Assembly (NCBI GenBank): GCA_002269645.1
Contig: NIVC01002184.1
Location: 124,001-188,000 of the forward strand
Direction of reading: 5' to 3'
Source: Macrostomum lignano
Taxonomy: Eukaryota
Length of the DNA stretch: 64,000 bases
Both the position numbers and the translations under genes were made by a program. Below the pieces are notes generated by a model. It was not told where the DNA came from and made no database searches. It was given only the letters and a program-made list of their open reading frames with translations. Below, one piece after another: positions 25,360 to 41,500 of the stretch; position 1 is the first letter of the stretch; the number at the start of each line of letters is the position of its first letter.

Positions 25360-28300
25360 ATGACGGCAACAGCTTGCTTTTGCACTCGAAAGCTGTCAAG
25401 GTCGAGCATGACTGAAACAAGCATCGCATCGTCGACCGATGGGAATGCCAGCAATGATGTCTTGGTCGGCAGAGGCAACGGCGCGCTGCAACAGCTGGCC
25501 TTCCCGCTGATGACGCAAGACCTAGCCGGAGGCTGCCTGCCTCATCACCTACAGACCGCCTATCATGAATTCATGGACGGCCACAAGCTGGATTGGATGA
25601 CCGCCGATCTGTCCTTCCTGAACACGCACTCGATCAACTTCGTGGACTGTCAGGAGACCCGTTCTGTGAATGCGTTCTCGGTTGGCTTCCACAGCGGCTT
25701 CTTCAACTCGCTGTTCAAATACAGCCCGCAGAAGTGAGTTGTTAACTGTGTTGTGGTCAGCCGGGCATTAACGGTTTTTCAGCGATATGCAAGCTCACTA
25801 CAAGAACCAACGCTGAAAATCCAAACAAAACAATCGATGACGTGGTTCCCATGGAGTTCAAGAGCTCTGTAGTCTGTTTCAGCCTCCGTCAGCACGGTCT
25901 GTTCAAACCCATTTCAGCCGCGTGGAGCTCCGGCTGGGGTGGCTCAACTGCCTGTGCGGCAGCATTTCAACAGCTCTGGCCGGAATCAGCCTACGAAAAT
26001 GCCGGGTCGCAGTCACCGAAGAAAACTGCCTGTCGCTGTTTCTGGCCTCCGACTTTATCCTTTGCGAGCCGCTGCGCGCCCAGTGTCTGCGCTTCATCGA
26101 ACGTCGCTGCTCGGTTGACCCGCAAGCCGCTTTGGGAATCTGGCAGTTCTCTCGGCTGTTGAATCTGCCAGACCTCACCCAGGTCAGCCTGCGCTGCGTG
26201 CTGCGTTCCTTCTCGGAGCTCCGTCTGACTGACAGTTTCCTGCAGTTGGACACAGACGCGTTGATTGCCATTCTGAGTCACAAGCTGCTCAACTGTGCGT
26301 CGGAGCTGCAGGTTGGTTGGTCGATTGGAATTTCGGTTAGTTTGGAAGTGCATTTGGGATACTCGTATTTGAGTATCCTGCGTGTCTCCGTGATTGACAC
26401 ACAACAGCTCAGTGAGCTCTAAATGGAGTCACCCTGCAGAGCACCTAGAGTTTCTCCATGAGGTCCAGCTGAAGTTGAACAGAGGTGCTACATGTAGCTC
26501 TTACGCTAGACATTTCGATGCGATGAATCTCTCTAATACGTAGACAAGAAAGCACACCAATTGTAAGCAAGCATTCCTATTACTGTTGTTAACAGAAGGC
26601 CAGCTCCAACGCTTTGCAGGTGCTGCAGACGATCAGCCAGTGGCTGCAGCGGCAGCCGGAGAACCAGCCGCAGGAGCAGCGGAAGCAGCAGATCGAGCGG
26701 CTTCTCTGCTGTGTCCGCTTCGGCCATATGGAGTCTGACGAGTTCGAGGCGGCGCTGCGGGAGCCGCTGATCACCGGCAACCAGGAGTTTCTCGACTTCG
26801 TGCGGATTTTCCCGCTGTCGAGCTCCTTCAGCGACAGGCACCAGGCTGAGCTGGCCAAATCCAAGCCACCTCGCTGGCCTCATCAGGTACTAGTTGGTCC
26901 ATTGTTGCAGTACATCAATTTTCTCTACGAGTCGTACGAGCGTATTCTCTTGAAGACATGTTTGCTTGAAAATTACCAATTATATATGCGCAACATATAT
27001 AAATGAAAACAATATCCTTGCACAAGTAGCCTCGATAGGATGCGAGACTTGTAATCCTGCCCATTCCGCTGACTCCTGAGCACAGCCAATACTGTACGCA
27101 GGTACTCACTCACACACACGCTCACACAGGGTGTACAGCGGCCCTGACTTTCTAATCATCAGGCATGTACACTATCTGTGCCTTGGTGGTTGGCCCTCAT
27201 GGGTGTTGGGTGTTTCTAATCATCAGGCATGTACACTATCTGTGCCTTGGTGGTTGGCCCTCATGGATGTTGGGTATTTCTAATCATCAGGCATGTACAT
27301 TCTCTGTGCCTTGGTGGTTGGCCCTCATGGGTGTTGGGTGTTTCTAATCATCAGGCATGTACACTATCTGTGCCTTGGTGGTTGGCCCTCATGGGTGTTG
27401 GGTGTTTCTAATCGTCAGGCATGTACATTCTCTGTGCCTTGGTGGTTGGCCCTCATGGGCGTGACCAGGCGACCGACAACCCCTGTTCACTGTCCAATTT
27501 GGTGCAGAAGCCTCAGGTTATTGTGGCCGCGCAAGGAATTGAACCAAGGAGGTCGTGAGGCGAGAGGCTCAGACCCGTTTATCGCTGGGCTGCTCTTCTC
27601 ATTTCACTTACAAGTACATGTATATTTTAATCTATCGACGGTCGTTGAATTGATTCCTGCAACAAAATCCAGCGCAGATGTTCAGTGAAGTTTGATAATT
27701 AGGAAAATTAGAGCTCACGTTGGGCAAACCGACTCGTGCGTGCAGGTGCTGCTTCTACTCGGCGGCTGGTATCGTCGACACGGACCGACGGCCTTCTGCC
27801 AGGTGTACGACCCCCGCGCCGACGTATGGGACCTCCGCTCGCCGGATGCAGCCCAGCGCCACCAGGTTGGCTGGCTTGACGAACGCTCGCACGCCTGCTG
27901 CGCTCTGCTCGGCGACGTTGTTCATTTTGTCGGCGGTTACAGCGGCGCTGAGGCGCTCAAGTCGGTGCTGTGCTTCGACAGGCGACGCCCGCACCTTGGT
28001 TGGTACGAAGGCTCCTGCATGCTTCAGGCAAGGTTAGTTGCGAGAAATCTTGAAGGGCATTTTCTAGTGAGACTGCGTTTCGCCAAGGTACCCCAGGTAA
28101 CCCTAGTACGCGTCATATTAGTCAATAAAGAGCGCTGTTGTCCTTTAGAAGCCTGTTTTACTATTCAAGTAATATTCGATGCTTTAAGGCCTACTCTGCT
28201 CACCCATTTCCCCAGGTACTACCACTGCTGCGCCGCACTGGACAACTACCTCTACAGCATCGGTGGGCAGACTGCCGAGCGTCGGCTCATCCACGTCGAG

Positions 28301-29155
28301 CGAATGCGAAGTAACGACAACAGCTGGGTGGCCATCGAGCCGCTGCGACGGCCGCGCTGCGAGGCCGCTGTTGTCGCCCTCGCCGAACGTCTGCTCGTAG
28401 TCGGCGGCTTCGACGGTCGGGCGCACCTGGACACTGCCGAGACCTTCTGCCCAGCTGCCGGCGAGTGGACTCTGCTGACCGGCTTTTTAAACTCGCCGCG
28501 CACCGGCCTCGGCCTAGTGCTCAGTCCGAACGGCCGAGGCGGCGTCTTCGCCGTGTGCGGCCGCAACTCGGCCGGCTGGCTGCGTACCGTCGAGAGCTGG
28601 CTGGGCGAGTCAAAAGGATGGCGGCTGCACTGCGAGGTCCTCGCCTCCTGCATGCAGTTTTGGGATGGGCAGGCGGTACACGTAGCGCCACTCTGAGGGT
28701 CTTGTTAGCTGGGGCAAAATTACACAGAAGCTTTGCGCTAGCATTCCGTGTCTCCCGAAATTTGAACTCTGACCCCTGGCAACTTACCCACTGTTACTCG
28801 AGCGAGTTTTAAAACCCGACCCTCCCGTCCGCAGATGAGCCGGCCGCGCAGCAACTTTGGCTGCTGCATCCTGGACGGCCGTATCTTCCTCCTGGGCGGC
28901 ATCTGCGGCCCCAGCGAGAAGGAGATCATGGCCTCGGTAGAGTGGCTTGAGCCGGGCACCAAACGAATGGGCACGGCCCACGCCATGCCCTTCCCAGCCT
29001 CCGGTCTGACCACCTGCGTCCTGGACCTGCTGGACTACTCAGAGGAGCTGGCTAGGCAGCGTCGGCGAAAGTCCAGCAGCCCGGACGGCTTCTGCCCAGC
29101 GCCGATGCGGCTGCTGACTGATGAAGACTCCGACGAGCTTCCGGACGATGACTGA
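25360..29155 (+). CDS. BTB-BACK-Kelch (kelch-like) protein, paralogue 1
   Basis: Exons 25360 (or 25408)-25733, 25918-26311, 26620-26886, 27746-28032, 28216-28636 (or 28675), 28835-29155, phase-consistent. BTB (HSGFFNSLF, ENCLSLFLASDF), BACK (FLQLD, LLCCVRF) and six kelch blades with GG (one CG) motifs. Confidence 0.9.
27148..27458. repeat. 64-bp minisatellite (~5 copies) in a kelch intron
   Basis: Unit TTTCTAATCATCAGGCATGTACACTATCTGTGCCTTGGTGGTTGGCCCTCATGGGTGTTGGGTG. Confidence 0.95.
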
Positions 29156-29669
29156 CTGACCGTCATTTGCAGCGCTCATTTTCTGAAAAGTTCCAGTGAA
29201 TGCCTGTTCTATGCAAGCTTTTCTATCGTTTTAATTAGAAGTAGAAGACTGTAAAAAACAGCGACTGCGGCATCAACTATTGTGTATGGGGAAAATACAT
29301 TGCACAAACTAATTCGACAAGTCTTGAGTCATTTCAGATGCATTACAATTACCGATTGAATGAAAAACTATGATTGGTGTCTGTTTATGTACGACGTAGT
29401 AGAATGTAGCACACCTCTGCCGCGAGGATAGCCGCGGAAATTCCGTGGGTGTCTTTACATGTACATAGGGATAGGGCTCCGAGGGAATTCCGTGGACCGC
29501 GGAAGTAAAAAGTTTACCTGGTGTCCAGAGCTACTAAAAAAACTGGATAGGCCACTCCAGATTTCTACAACTTTCTCCCTACTTTCAGTTCAGTAGCAAA
29601 GAAGAATACAAGCTGTTTTATAAAAATAAAGGCAGCTGAAATAACTTTGATAAGTTTCGACGCTCAAGC

Positions 29670-30135
29670 CAAGGACCACTAGAAGAAGAAAGACGGGACA
29701 CTTTGTTTCTTGGAAAATTTATTAAAGGCTGATTTTCACGGAAAAATGCACTAGCGAGATAGGAAATTTTCACTTCTTTCACTTTAAAATGGTGATTGCT
29801 TTTTATTGGAAGCAGATACAAAGCTATATATGCCCAATTCACTGCTTATTCATTTTATTTTTGTACTTTTTATATAAAATAAGTAGCTATAGTAACTAAA
29901 ATAATATGAAGATCAATTATTCATGAAAAAATCTTTATTAAATCCGTCGAAGCAACATGTTTTTGTAAGTAATATCAAAAGAAGAGCTTTGTATCTGCTT
30001 CCAATAAAAAGCAATCACCATTTTAAAGTGAAAAAAGTGAAAAATTTCCTATCTCGCTAGTGCATTTTTCCGTGAAAATCAGCCTTTAATAAATTTTCCA
30101 AGAAACGAAGTGTCCCGTCCTTCTAGTGGTCCTTG
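29670..30135. mobile_element. MITE / non-autonomous DNA transposon, 466 bp, ~150-bp TIRs, 8-bp TSD (hAT- or P-type ends)
   Basis: Arms 29670-29825 and 29985-30135 are reverse complements (CAAGGACCACTAG...CTAGTGGTCCTTG). TSD GCTCAAGC at 29662-29669 and 30136-30143. Confidence 0.9.
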
Positions 30136-31470
30136 GCTCAAGCTTGCAGGCGTAAACAACCTGCTAATTGGTTCAGCCATAATGTACATTGGCCAGTCAA
30201 CTGAGATGTACATGGCAGCTTTAGGCTGAAACTCCGAGAGAGACAATAAAAATTGGGGCGGGGCGTTGGGGGGGGGGGAGGGGGTAGTGCGGAAAGGCGC
30301 GATTGGGGGGTTTAGGCTGGGGGCGGGGGATAAAAGCCAATAAATGAGCCTTAGCTTTAAAAATACATTTAACTGCTTCTGTTCAACGTACTACTGAACT
30401 GAAAGTAGCTTACACGCTAATGTGCTGAGTGGCCCATCCAGTTATTCTAGTATCTGTGCTGGTGTCAAAATCTAAGCATTTGTCCTCAATGCAGTTGAAT
30501 TCTGTACGAAAGCACTTGATTTTGGCATTTTAATTTCTTAATAAGAAATTATGCATCAGTTTAACTTTTTATTCAAATAAATTAATGGAGTATTTACTTT
30601 ATTAATATTAAAAAATATTAATTACGAGTTAGGCTAAATATTCAATAAAACGATGTTTTAAATACAAATCTCTCTCCTTTCTGGGGGTGGTGGCTGCGTT
30701 TCTAAATCAAACTGGATGCTAAAGTATTATCAGTTTTATTGTTGCTCCCCAGCAGCCCAGTCGGAGTTTGACTTGGCAGCCAAGGACTGCTCAATTACAT
30801 GTAGTAGATGAACGGGAAACTATGTTTCTTAGAAAATTTTAGGAGGCAGGTCTTACAGACAAAAATACATTACAGAGATTTGTGGTTTTCATTTTTCAGC
30901 ACAAAAATTGTTATTGCCTTTGATAGGAGGCTAGGAGGCAGATAGGAAGCTAGGAGCTAGAAGCTAGGAGCGGCTATTTTTAACACAGATCTGAAAAAGC
31001 AATGCTTACAAGTCACTGAATGCATACGGGGTAGGGTTATTTTATGTTCAATTAGTTTCTTTAATTCAAAGAAATGTCTCAAAATGAAATTCGGTTGCAA
31101 TGTCAGTCGCTGTCTGCTTTGTCACTTCTGTCAAGCGAGTGAACTCTTCAATGTGCGCCAGCACGCGAGCTCACAAGAACGACAGTATAATATCAATTTG
31201 AGCTCACTGGGTAATTTTAAAACAATTGCCCTCCTTTGCTACTTTGGAGGCTGCCCAAGCGACAAGAGAAGCTCAATGGTCAGCGCACTCAGACACAACT
31301 CAAAGCGTGTGGCATCAATCAGCTGAAGATTTTCGGCATGCCAAATACGCTAGCCCTCCTAAACTAAACTTAATTCTAAGGTGAAAACCTGCACCTAATT
31401 TTGAAACCCAACCAACCGTAAACACAAAAATTAACCGTAACCTGAATACCAATTCATAAATCTATAGATT

Positions 31471-31646
31471 GAAACCCTAACCCTAATAAAACCCTAACCC
31501 TAACCCTCATAAAACACTAACCCTAACCCTAATAAAACCCTAACCCTAACCCTAATAAAACCCTAACCCTAATATAACCCTAACCCTAATAAAACCCTAA
31601 CCCTAATATAACCCTAACCCTAATAAAACCCTAACCCTAACCCCTA
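31471..31646. repeat. Interstitial telomere-like repeat (CCCTAA)n with AATAA/ATAT interruptions
   Basis: AACCCTAACCCTAATAAAACCCTAACCC units. Confidence 0.9.
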
Positions 31647-31855
31647 ATTGTCAGCACTCAATTAGTCAATCAATGCAGATTCTGACTACATGGTCAATCT
31701 TTGAATGAGCAAGAATTACCTTGTATTATTTAAGTCAAGGGTGGGTACTTTATAGGTGCTAAAGAAAGTCTCTATTGCTGGTGCAATATGCATTTGCTTA
31801 ACGAAGTTATCATGCTTCGTTCCGTCTTCCAGCAAGACAGTCGGCGAGGCAGTGT

Positions 31856-35588
<3,733 letters not shown>

Positions 35589-37144
35589 TTCGCGGCTTTG
35601 GACGAGCCCCCAGCTGAAGCTTTTCCATTTACTTTCGAGAATCTCTTGCTACTGTCATAGTTTCCTTACTCTTCCTCACCAATGTGGGCTATACTATTAA
35701 TCACCGAAAAAGTGTTTAGCCACTCAGATTTCAATCGTTAGTGGTGAGGAATTCTGATTGGCTATTAAATGGTTTTTTGCTGCTAAACTGCCCGATTTCC
35801 ATTTAGGCGCCATCCAGTCATTGAAGAAATTCTAGAACCAAATGCCGTACCTTGCGCAAGACACCTTCAACCCCTCGCAAACTGCCCACAAAAGTTTACC
35901 TGGGTGTCACTTTTCGCGTCATAATTAGCTTAGCTAAACAATAACCCCCCTAAAACCTTCGGTCAAGTAGAATGGTAATTTCCTTGTATTGAAGGTGCAA
36001 CACGCCACAAAGCCAATCCAGTGAGGCCTGTATGTTTGCTGCAAGGGATGTCAATAGGATTCCCTGGCATGCCAGACAGAAATATCAACCTGAGGGCGGA
36101 GTTATTCACGGACAACCAAAATAGCACTCACCACTTGCGCGTGCATTTATTCCGAATCAAGACGAATATTAGGTTTTGTTTAGGACTTTACGAATTCCGT
36201 GATTATTCTAGCCAAAGTGTGTTCAGGTCAGGAAGTGCATGTAGACGAAGTAACGGTTGTACCAATCGGCCGTTCGTGGTCCGGTCACTGTAAAAGGCAC
36301 TGAACTCGATTTCGGCAGGTGCAAATGCAGATGCAGCAGTCATTTTCCACTTAATTTTCTGCGCAGGTTGCAGGTGGCTTGTTTTGTTAGTTGTTTGTTA
36401 GTTGTTTGTTAGTTGAAAAATCGATGGAATGGCTCCTGGATGCAGCGGCCTTTCGCACATTTGCTAAGAGACCTTAAATTGCTCAACGAAGCAAGATGGA
36501 GAGAAGTCCATTCTCTCTATTCTATATGGTCAACAGATGGTCTGTGGAGGCATAGATATATACAGAATATAGACTGCGAATCTCGGGGGCTGCCCAGGCT
36601 CGTTGTGGGACAAAAAAGCAATACAAAAATTGGTCCTTCGCCCACTGCCCCTTTCGATAGATATGAGGAACAAAAATTAGTTAATAGAGAGGACAGATTG
36701 AAGAGAAGTAGAGAATAAAAGAGAAGAAGGAAAAAAATTCTTGCATATTGAAACTGTGATTCCACTGGTATAAGTTTGAAAATGGGTACCGGCTATTATT
36801 CACACTGGGTAAACTGTATTCAATATCTAATACGTAAAACCCACAGTTCGGCCAAACGTTTTTCCTACTGGGTTTACGAAAAGAAACTTTATGTATACTC
36901 AGCAACATTGTAAAGTCGCCACCCTATGCGCCAGTGAGCAATTTCTCTTGGACTCGTCAGAATACGAGAAAACCGATCGGGGTAGCGTTAGTCCAAACCT
37001 CGCACACCGCTCCCCCAGGTCCACGGAATTTCCGCGGCTTTCCCTTCGGCAGAGTTTTGCTATCCTTTACTACTGTTTTACCCTAATCAAGCTGGGGTCT
37101 AGTTGCAACTGCACAACCCTTAATTAAAAGAAAATTTTCCCAAA

Positions 37145-37293
37145 CGTGTTTGTCATCGTCGGATGCAACAGCCAGCAATTATATGACACGGCCGAGATCC
37201 ACTGCCCGATGAATGAGCGGCACGTGGACGCTCGTGTCCTCCCGACTGTCGGCTGCCCCTATTAGACACTTTTGTGATTGGCCAGTCGGTGTA
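37145..37293 (+). pseudogene. Decayed kelch-repeat fragment homologous to paralogue 2 (45765-45916)
   Basis: Exact colinear matches ATGACACGGCCGAGATC, CGTGGACGCTCGTG and TTGTGATTGGCCAGTC, separated by frameshifts. Confidence 0.75.
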
Positions 37294-38517
37294 AGCATTG
37301 TAATACTATCTGAATTTTCAGTGTGATCTGGTAAATAAGACAGAATGCTGATGTGATAGCTTTATCAACTGAGGCAGTAGTGTTGCATTGTAGGAGTAAG
37401 AAAGTGCGCGAGAGCTTAGCTGAATGTGTTGATTAGTTGGCACTGAGGCGGTTGGTGCGGACAGATAACAAGTGCGCATGGGTTCAAGGAATACTAAAGT
37501 GCGTAGAAGGACACAACACGCGAAATCTATGGGATGAGGCGGAAGGCCTTTTAGTTTCAATAGATGGAATGGCAGCGAAGATTTTTGCACTGCATTGCGC
37601 GTATATTTATACAAGTGAAAACAGCGCGAGATTATTGAGGGTCCGAGGGAGGTGCGCACATGTGGAGTGGCGTGATTGGCTACGCCAACCCCCTGGCTTA
37701 GCGAGCCGGCTAGCGCGGTGCGCCACCACCCCACCTCAGCTAGACAGAGGTTGGCGGGGGGGTTTCCAGTGCGGCTGCACTGGTGCTGCCGGTCGCATAG
37801 TCTGGCCGCCACAGGGAAATATTTTGAAGGTCACTTTACCAAACAATGTCACTTTTGAATGGATGCACGTGGAGATGTCTTTTCTCGCTGGGACCATCGA
37901 AATTTATTCCCCTTTAGGATAAAATAGCATTCGCGGCTTTGGCTCTAACTCTTCGAGGGGTTCGATTAGCCGAGTAGAATCTGTAAACAATATAAATAAA
38001 TGTTAGTTGCAAAGCGTTAGCATCCAGCTAAATGTTTATCTAAAGTGGCCTTCAAAACTTTTTCCATGAAACGTGAATGTCGCGTTCTGTATATATGTCG
38101 TTTTAGTTGTCCTTGTATGGGCTGGGGTTGAATACTCGGGAAAAATCAGGTCCCTCTGGAAATCTGGCACGTGCAGACAGGATCTGCGTGCGTTATTGTT
38201 TTGCAAAATGTTTTGCATGATTGCGGAATTGAGGAATGCAGATTACCGAATTGAAAGGATATCTGCTTCATGTAGCCAGACATTAACTATAAAAATATCA
38301 CAATATTTATAGTGTCTACGGTAGAATTTTATCTACAATATAGAAAAAAGTTTATTATGTTCTATGGCAATTCATTTCGTATCATTCACATGTGGCATCT
38401 AGTGATCTAGTGTTTTTCAAGTATTACAAGGAAGCAAGTCGCCTTTGGCCTAGATGACTGAATGACAGACTGAGGAGTTCACAATTGTTGGCAGTAAAAT
38501 CATTAAACTAATCTGCC

Positions 38518-41500
38518 ATGAATCAATATCCAAGAAGTGACCACAGCGATGGCAATGGTTTTGAAAATCTTAACAATCGTGAACAAGAGCCAGCCTCACA
38601 CGGCGTCATTACCGAGTCAGCACCAGACAATCTGAACGCAAGTGAACAAGAGCCAGCCTCAAACGGCGTCATTACCGAGTCACAACCAGACAATCTGAAC
38701 GCAAGTGAACAAGAGCCAGCCTCACACGGTGTCATTACCGAGTCAGCATCAGACAATTTGAACGCAAGTGAACAAGAGCCAGCCTCACACGGTGTCATTA
38801 CCGAATCAGCACCAGACAATCTGAACGCAAGTGAACAAGAGCCAGCCTCAAACAGCGTCACTACCGAGTCACAACCAGACAATCTGAACGCAAGTGAACA
38901 AGAGCCAGCCTCAAACGGCGTCACTACCGAGTCACAACCAGACAATCTGAACGCAAGTGAACAAGAGCCAGCCTCAAACGGCGTCACTACCGAGTCACAA
39001 CCAGACAATCTGAACGCAAGTGAACAAGAGCCAGCCTCAAACGGCGTCACTACCGAGTCACAACCAGCCAATCTGAACGCAAGTGAACAAGAGCCAGCCT
39101 CACACGGTGTCATTACCGAATCAGCACCAGACAATCTGAACGCAAGTGAACAAGAGCCAGCCTCAAACAGTGTCATTACCGAATCAGCACCAGACAATCT
39201 GAACGCAAGTGAACAAGAGCCAGCCTCAAACGGCGTCACTACCGAGTCAGCACCAGACAATCTGAACGCAAGTGAACAAGAGCCAGCCTCAAACAGTGTC
39301 ACTACCGAGTCAGCACCAGACAATCTGAACGCAAGTGAACAAGAGCCAGCCTCAAACGGCGTCACTACCGAGTCAGCACCAGACAATCTGAACGCAAGTG
39401 AACAAGAGCCAGCGTCAAATTTCATTCAGAAGTCAGTACGAAATAACCTTCCGGATCATGGTGTCACCTTTCAACATTCACCAAAGTTGTCAATTTTTAC
39501 GGATGTTCCTACCAAATCATGCGATGTCCTGCCGCCAAGTATAAAGGATGAAAGAACAGAAAAGTCTCTCGATATTTCCGACTCTATATTCGAGCAGTCT
39601 CACATACAAAGTACAAACGCTACTGAGAAAAGTAATAATTTGCAAAGAGCCTTTCCTAAGCTGACGCAGATGCTAATGTCTAATCAGCTGGAGCCCCGGA
39701 TGCATCAGCTGGTGCAGGAGTACATCAATACTGAATGGGACACTGACTGGCTATCTGCAGACCTATCGTTCTTCAACACCTACACGGTTGTATTGGTGGA
39801 TTCAGGCGAGACTAGGCAAGTTTGTCCTCAATTGCTCAGCTTGCACAGCACCTATTTCAAAGCAGCATTCCAGCATTCTCAATCAACGTGAGTACTGAAT
39901 TCCTGAATACTTCTAAGGTACTCAAAGTGTAAACACCTAGTAGAGAGATTTTAATAAAGTTAAGACTACTCTGCACTGTTTTGGGCAACAGCATTTTGAA
40001 ATTTTAGACTATGCGCGCTATTCTAAAAGAATGATATTGCCGCCTTGTGGTGTCAAACTACCCACCTCGCTCCAGGACCTTAAACGTCTGTCTGGGCTCA
40101 ATGGCACATCTCGAGCCGCATGTCAGGGCCATCATTGACTCGATAAACAGCCCTGACGATCAGCTGGACATCACAGTGGAGAACTATCTCGAAATTTTTT
40201 TAGCCTCTGACTTTCTCGGATGCAATCAGCTGCAGGACCGCTGTGTGCAGCTTATGAAGTGCGTATTTGCCCACAACGCCGTGGAGTCTCTCAGAGCTTT
40301 TCACTCTCTTTTCAAATACTTTTCTTACGAATCGTTTAAAGTCTGTCTGAAGCCGATACTAAGAAATATTAACAAGCTGAACCATGATGGATATCTGCAG
40401 CGCTTGGAAGTAGATGAGCTGGAATATTTGCTCAAGCACGACATGCTAAACTGCAAGATTGAACTCGACGTAAGCACCTTAATACTTTTAGATTATTGCT
40501 TGCTTAAATCAGTCTCCGTGTGGTTTAGAATCTAAAAAAGCGTGAAACATTTGGCAGGTATTGCGAATAATCGACCGGTGGATGCATTATCGGCGTAAGG
40601 TTCCGGATGCGGAAATCTCACCGCAGCTGGACCGCCTGATGTGCTGCGTCAGATCCAAGAAGTTGACTGGTTGCGAGAAGATTTATTGTCGAAAGAAGTT
40701 GCCGCTGACTACGAAGTCCATTTACAAAGGGCTTATTACAAAAAACGCGGACTCTTTTAGTGACTTCTTTCAGCGTTACAATCGGAAAGTGCATAAAGAG
40801 TCCGAGGAAAGGCAGCCTCACCAAGTGGTTTTGCTGCTTATCTGCTGCTCCATCAACGAGTCAGTAATATCTCAAGGCATTCCCCGAAGCCAGCCGCTTG
40901 CCCATTGCATGTACGTCAATCCCTACAATGGAAAGCTACTGGATGGCCCGCCAGATGGTCGAAAGTGAGTTTAGTTTTCCACTCGAATCTTCCATTTTTT
41001 ATCAAGGGAATTCTAGGTCATTTCTCATTTAGATTGTACTCGTAAAGTAACTTTTTTTAATTTGCGAGCGTGCATGAGCTTTTCGGATTTGCATTATTTT
41101 TCATAAGTGAGCTTTATATGCACGAGCTCATTATAGCTGCGGCGTAGCTGTACTCGTACTTTTGCTTTCTGGCTTGTCAAGCAGTTGCATAAGAAGGCTT
41201 TGCAGCTTCCCTCATCATTCAACCCCAAGAACAGACAGGGATGTCAGGACCATAAAGTTAAATTTTATTGTCAAATCGAAAACAGTAGTAGCAGAGCGTT
41301 TTACATGCAATAACAACATCAAACGACGATCGTCACGATCATGGTAGACGCGCTATCCATGCTTCGCTCGCTTCCACCGACGATTGGAAGACAATTAAGT
41401 CACGCAGTAACAACAGTCAGGACGCGGGACAGCAACCGCAGCAGCCTTCGCCACCAGAGCAACACAAACTGGCCCCAGAGCAGGCGGGCTTTCGCCAGGG

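Noticed and set aside
37318-37922. Overlapping 161-164 aa ORFs on both strands
   Set aside because: No motif, no coding-like codon bias and no usable splice context.
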